From NCBI RefSeq assembly GCF_006345805.1, contig NW_021836182.1, forward strand, positions 1 through 27,245: a stretch of DNA of 27,245 bases. Reading direction: 5' to 3'. Numbering within the stretch: the first letter of the stretch is position 1; every line of letters starts with the position of its first letter. This DNA comes from Octopus sinensis. Lineage: Eukaryota. Position numbers and translations under genes: made by a program. Below are positions 23,238-27,245 of this stretch, one piece after another. Under the pieces are notes generated by a model. That model was not told the origin of the DNA and searched no databases. It worked only from the letters and a program-made list of their open reading frames with translations.

Positions 23238-23656
23238 GGCGCAGGAGTGGCTGTGTGGTAAGTAGCTTGCTAACCAACCACATGGTTCCGGGTGCAGTCC
23301 CACTGCGTGACATCTTGGGCAAGTGTCTTCTGCTATAGCCCCGGGCCGACCAATGCCCTGTGAGTGGATTTGGTAGACGGAAACTGAAAGAAGCCTGCCG
23401 TATATATATATATATATATATTAATATATATATGTATGTGTGTGTGTGTTTCGTGTCTGTGTTTGACCCCCTTGCATTGCTTGACAACCGATGCTGGTGT
23501 GTTTACGTCCCCGTTACTTAGCGGTTCGGCAAAAGAGACCGATAGAACAAGTACTGGGCTTACAAAGAATAAGTCCCGGGGTCGGGTTGCACGACTAAAG
23601 GCGGTGCTCCAGCATGGCCACAGTCAAATGACTGAAACACGTAAAAGAGTAAACAG
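23238..23656 (+). mobile_element. SINE family A, full length
   Basis: GGCGCAGGAGTGGCTGTGTGGTAAG (A-box region), GGTGCAGTCCC (B-box variant), internal (TA)/(TG) tract, GTAAAAGAGTAAA tail. Confidence 0.93.
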
Positions 23657-24227
23657 TATATACATAAACATATATATATATATATATAATATATATATTT
23701 GTCTGTGTGCGCGCCTGTAAGCATATATATATGTATATCTATCTATGTATGTATATATATGAACTTGTGCGTGTAGAGGTATGAGAATGCAAGAGTAGAA
23801 GAGAGTGCGCGCGCATGTTATATGCATGCGAATGCATAACGTAAGGCGCACGCATTTGTGCTGACGCGAACACACTGACAAAATCGTCTTATGCCCGCCC
23901 GCCCGCCCGCGCACGCGCATGCACGCACATACAAACGCGCGCGCAAATAGCAGCGCAAGCATGACCTTCTAACAGGCGCACGCGTGCACTCGCATTCAGA
24001 TGCATGTGACAGAGTGCACGTGTACCCTACGCTGTTTTGTTGGGTCGTGTGCACGTTTGATTATCAGGCGGAAATTACCTTGTTTTTCTGTTTATAATGC
24101 ACTGCACACGAACGGTGCACAAACGCGGTGCTGCCGCGTGCACATTTTGCACAATCCTGTATACGCACACGTTACTCTTTTTGTTGAAATTTTTAACACT
24201 GTGTGTGTATTTGTGTGTGTGTGTGCA

Positions 24228-24475
24228 TGGATTCCTGTGTGTTTGAGAACTTATGTTAACCGTTGTTGTACCTTTACGAAAAAGGCGTTCCAAATATGGC
24301 AACCCTGTCGTTAGTATCTTACGACTATAGTGTCCGATGTGTCTGTGCGTGTGTGTGTGGATTCATGTGTGCTTGAGAACTAATGTTAACCGCTGTTGTA
24401 CCTTGACGAAAGAGGCGTTCCAAATATGACAATCCTGTCGTTAGTATCTTACTACGACTATTGTGTCCGATGTGT
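24228..24475. repeat. 130-bp tandem duplication
   Basis: Units at 24228 and 24358 (tggattc.tgtgtg.ttgagaact...gtccgatgtgt). Confidence 0.9.
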
Positions 24476-24718
24476 TTAAAAAAACAAAAAAAAACACATG
24501 TAGTGTTGATTTGAGAAGGATTTGGCTGTTATGTCTAGCATGTCCTATTGATCAGTGCGTATCATATGCCTTCTATCAATCATTATTATTATTATTCTGC
24601 TTGTGTGTGTGTTCGATTGTTACACTCCCGTCTATTAACAAAATCGAAGTCGTGAACATAATCAAACAATTTTATAAAATCGATAAATTTATGCATTTGA
24701 ACGTACAGAAATAAACAA

Positions 24719-24775
<57 letters not shown>

Positions 24776-24879
24776 TATATATAATGTACATATATATATA
24801 TATATATATGGTGTGTTTATTTCTATATAGATGGGTTTTCATGCAATCTGATTGTCATCGCTATTATTATTATCATTTA

Positions 24880-25091
24880 GGCGGCGAGCTGGTAGAATCG
24901 TTAGCACGCCGGACAAAATGCTTAGCAGCATTTCGTCCGTGTCTATGTTCTGAGTTCAAGTTTTGCCGAGGACGGCTTTGCCGTTTATATTTTCGGGGTC
25001 GGTAAATTAAGTACCAGCGAAACACGCTGGTCGATGTAATCGCCTAGTCCCCTCTCGCAAAATTTCAGGTCTTGTGCCTTCAATAGAAAAG

Positions 25092-25141
<50 letters not shown>

Positions 25142-25183
25142 CGTTATTATTATTGTTGTTGTTGTTGTTATTATCATTATTAT
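24880..25183 (+). mobile_element. SINE family B with a long (TTA)/(TTG) tail
   Basis: GGCGGCGAGCTGGTAGAATCG head, GAGTTCAAG B-box, tail at 25091-25183. Confidence 0.9.
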
Positions 25184-25186
25184 GAA

Positions 25187-25387
25187 GGCGGCGAGCTGGC
25201 AGAATAGTTTTGATGTCGTAGAAAATGCTTTGCGGCGTTTTGTCCGTCTTTGCGTTCTGAGTTCAAATTGCGCCCGGTCGGTCTTTGCCTTTCATCCTTT
25301 CGGGGTCGAATATAACATCAACAACCTTCTTTCCCCGAATACGTCCAGGCCTTGTGCCTATAGTAGAAAGCACTGTTGTTATTATTA
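25187..25387 (+). mobile_element. SINE family B, second tandem copy
   Basis: GGCGGCGAGCTGGCAGAATAG head, GAGTTCAAATT B-box. Confidence 0.88.
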
Positions 25388-25634
25388 AAAGGACTGTAAA
25401 ATACCAGAATCTTTAGGTAAATTTACTTCGCAATATTTGTTCCAGCTTTTCAAGGTTCGATTTCAAATCATGCCGGTATCTACTTCCACCACTCCCTATA
25501 AACTTGTCCCATCTCAAAATGTTGCCTTTCTACCCAGGATCGTAGTGCATCGCCATCATAACCTTTGATGTACAATTTTGCGTCGACTGCGCTACGAGGT
25601 AGCCATTACCAGATCAGCGTAAACTCCACCGGCA

Positions 25635-25676
25635 CGGAAGTGACGTCAGTGGCACCTAGCACGCAGCCATTCAGTT
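25635..25676 (+). promoter_or_regulatory. candidate Pol II promoter: overlapping ETS-CRE motif plus Inr-like element
   Basis: CGGAAGTGACGTCA at 25635-25648 and TCAGTT at 25671-25676, within CpG-retaining sequence with no recognisable repeat. Confidence 0.5.
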
Positions 25677-26315
25677 CCCGAGCGTTGTTTGAGTATTTGG
25701 TTTTACGCCAAACAGCTGTTGCTGCATTTACGGTGGATCCGGTTTTATCTATCAGTCGAGTCTATCGCGAAGATCTCCTTGCCATCTGTTAGAGCAAACA
25801 GATTTTTCTCTACTGTCTGATGACGATGCAATAAAAGATATTCTCTTGTTAAGAAGATCCAAAAGACTAAGGAGAACCACATCGTTACGCGAGATCGGCT
25901 GAAAATGAAAGAAATACGTCTTTATGTGCGTCTCACGTTTAGTAAACAGTTTCTCTCTCTCTCTCTTCCTCTCTCTCTGTCTCTGGTTGTCTGTCTGTCT
26001 CTCGAAGATGGAAGTCTATAGCAAGTATGTTGCGAGTGAAAGAACCTGTTTAATCGAGAATGTAAAAAAGGAGAAAGCAAAGTCTTCAGTGTGAATATGT
26101 GGTTTGTGGGGTCGACCGCGTCCTCCGCTTCATTTTGTGTTAATCACTCATTCTCATTTAATTGTATATATTTAATTGTTTGTTATTTCATCGTTCTTTC
26201 GTCTCATTCGATACCCTGACCCCAACGTTTGTTTTGTCTGTCCCCGTATTGTCCCCTCTTTTTCTCAACCTTATGGTGAATAAAGAGATACTCTCTCTCA
26301 CACACATATATAATG

Positions 26316-26590
26316 TTATAAGCTTAAAGGCTTATAATCGGTCACTGTGCATTGACTAAGACAAACAGCATATTGGAGCATATAAGCCCGCGACAGAAAA
26401 AAAAAGTAGGATTTGTCGTATGCATGGGACTGGAACACACATCTGTATGTGTGGGTTCGAGTCCTATACGTGGAACAGACGTTAGTTTTTTTTTTTTTTT
26501 TTTTTTTTCGTCTGGGGCTTATATGCCCTAATATTGGACTGTTTACCTTAGTCAATCCACCGTGACCGCTTATAAGCCTTAAGCTTATAA
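26316..26590. mobile_element. hairpin (MITE-like) element with ~90-bp imperfect terminal inverted repeats
   Basis: Left arm ttataagcttaaaggcttataatcggtcac...cgacagaaaaaaaaa is the reverse complement of the right arm tttttcgtctggggc...ttataagccttaagcttataa. Confidence 0.8.
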
Positions 26591-26616
26591 AATATTATTA
26601 TTTATTGAAGCGCAAA

Positions 26617-26866
26617 GGTGCAGCCGTGGCTGCGTAGTAAGAAGTTTCTTATCGACAACATGGTTCCTTGTTCAATCCCTCTTCGTGGCATCAATGCTTC
26701 GTGCTTACTAAAGCCTTGTGAGTGGATTTAATAGACGGAAACTGAAAGAAGCCTATTGTGTGACAGGATGTGCATGTATTGTTGCTGTTGATTCGTTCGA
26801 TTAATCTTCAAGGCGGTGCCCCAGCATGGCCGCAGTCTAATGACTGAAGCAAGTAAAAGATAAAAC
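26617..26866 (+). mobile_element. diverged, internally deleted SINE family A-related copy
   Basis: gccttgtgagtggattt..tagacggaaactgaaagaagcc and aaggcggtgccccagcatggccgcagtc segments are shared with family A. Confidence 0.8.
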
Positions 26867-27002
26867 TTAAAAACTTATCTTTTATTTTATTTCATTTTAT
26901 TAATTTTTTTTTGTTCCTGGAGACAGCTTAAGATTGAAAGGTCATTAAGTACGTTTCTATTGGAAGAGATTAACAAGAAGTTCGAAGTTTTGGCTTGGCC
27001 GC

Positions 27003-27048
27003 TTTTATTTGTCTGAAGAGTGAGCGAAGCCCGAAACGTCGGAGTAAA
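27003..27048 (+). ncRNA. minimal type I hammerhead ribozyme-like motif (Penelope-like element remnant)
   Basis: CTGAAGA (27013-27019), stem II g-tgagc-gaa-gccc, GAAA (27033-27036), then CGTC. Stem I pairs with wobbles and one bulge. Confidence 0.55.
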
Positions 27049-27070
27049 TCTTATCCGTTTCCCTCTAAGC

Positions 27071-27149
27071 GTATATATATATATATAATATATATATAGA
27101 TATAATATATATATATATATAATATATATATAATATATATATATATATT
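27071..27149. repeat. (TA)n microsatellite
   Basis: Directly visible. Confidence 0.95.
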
Positions 27150-27245
27150 AAGAGAGGGAGAGGGCGGGGGAGAGACGCTAAGCCTGTGTAAATTGTTATT
27201 CGAAATATCACCGTTTCTATGGAAACGATTACGATAATGGTGGTG

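Noticed and set aside
25565-25792. 75-aa ORF spanning the ETS-CRE motif
   Set aside because: No recognisable homology; the motif content fits a promoter or UTR better.
25816-25830. CTGATGA as a third hammerhead core
   Set aside because: No stem II followed by GAAA at a suitable distance, and no stem I pairing.
26008-26094. 28-aa ORF (MEVYSKYV...) with good Kozak context and a possible GTATGT donor
   Set aside because: Too short and unrecognised to call. It could be a first coding exon or uORF, but sequence alone cannot support it.

Overview
Eukaryotic, repeat-dominated non-coding DNA, most likely intronic or intergenic. The tRNA-headed SINE families, (TA)n-flanked Penelope-type remnants and RTE LINE resemble what I recall of octopod (Octopus sp.) genomes; this is recognition from memory, not a database search. 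I found no intact host protein-coding exon, and nearly all ORF-track entries are microsatellite or antisense-TE artefacts. Supported content: (1) a 5'-truncated, frameshifted RTE-clade LINE (3688-5715, -) and a second copy of its 3' UTR; (2) a ~3.6 kb (TA)n/(TATG) tract; (3) a full-length but decayed DD37D (maT) Tc1/mariner element (9291-10582, +); (4) a partial mariner (-); (5) hAT-type MITEs, one with a perfect 8-bp TSD; (6) many SINE copies; (7) a ~763-bp near-identical tandem duplication. Best second-look items: two minimal hammerhead-ribozyme-like motifs in Penelope-like remnants, a foldback-like 1.4 kb inverted repeat, a ~275-bp hairpin element enclosing a Pol III B-box, a degenerate ~34-bp array, and a candidate promoter with an overlapping ETS-CRE motif plus Inr near 25.6 kb.
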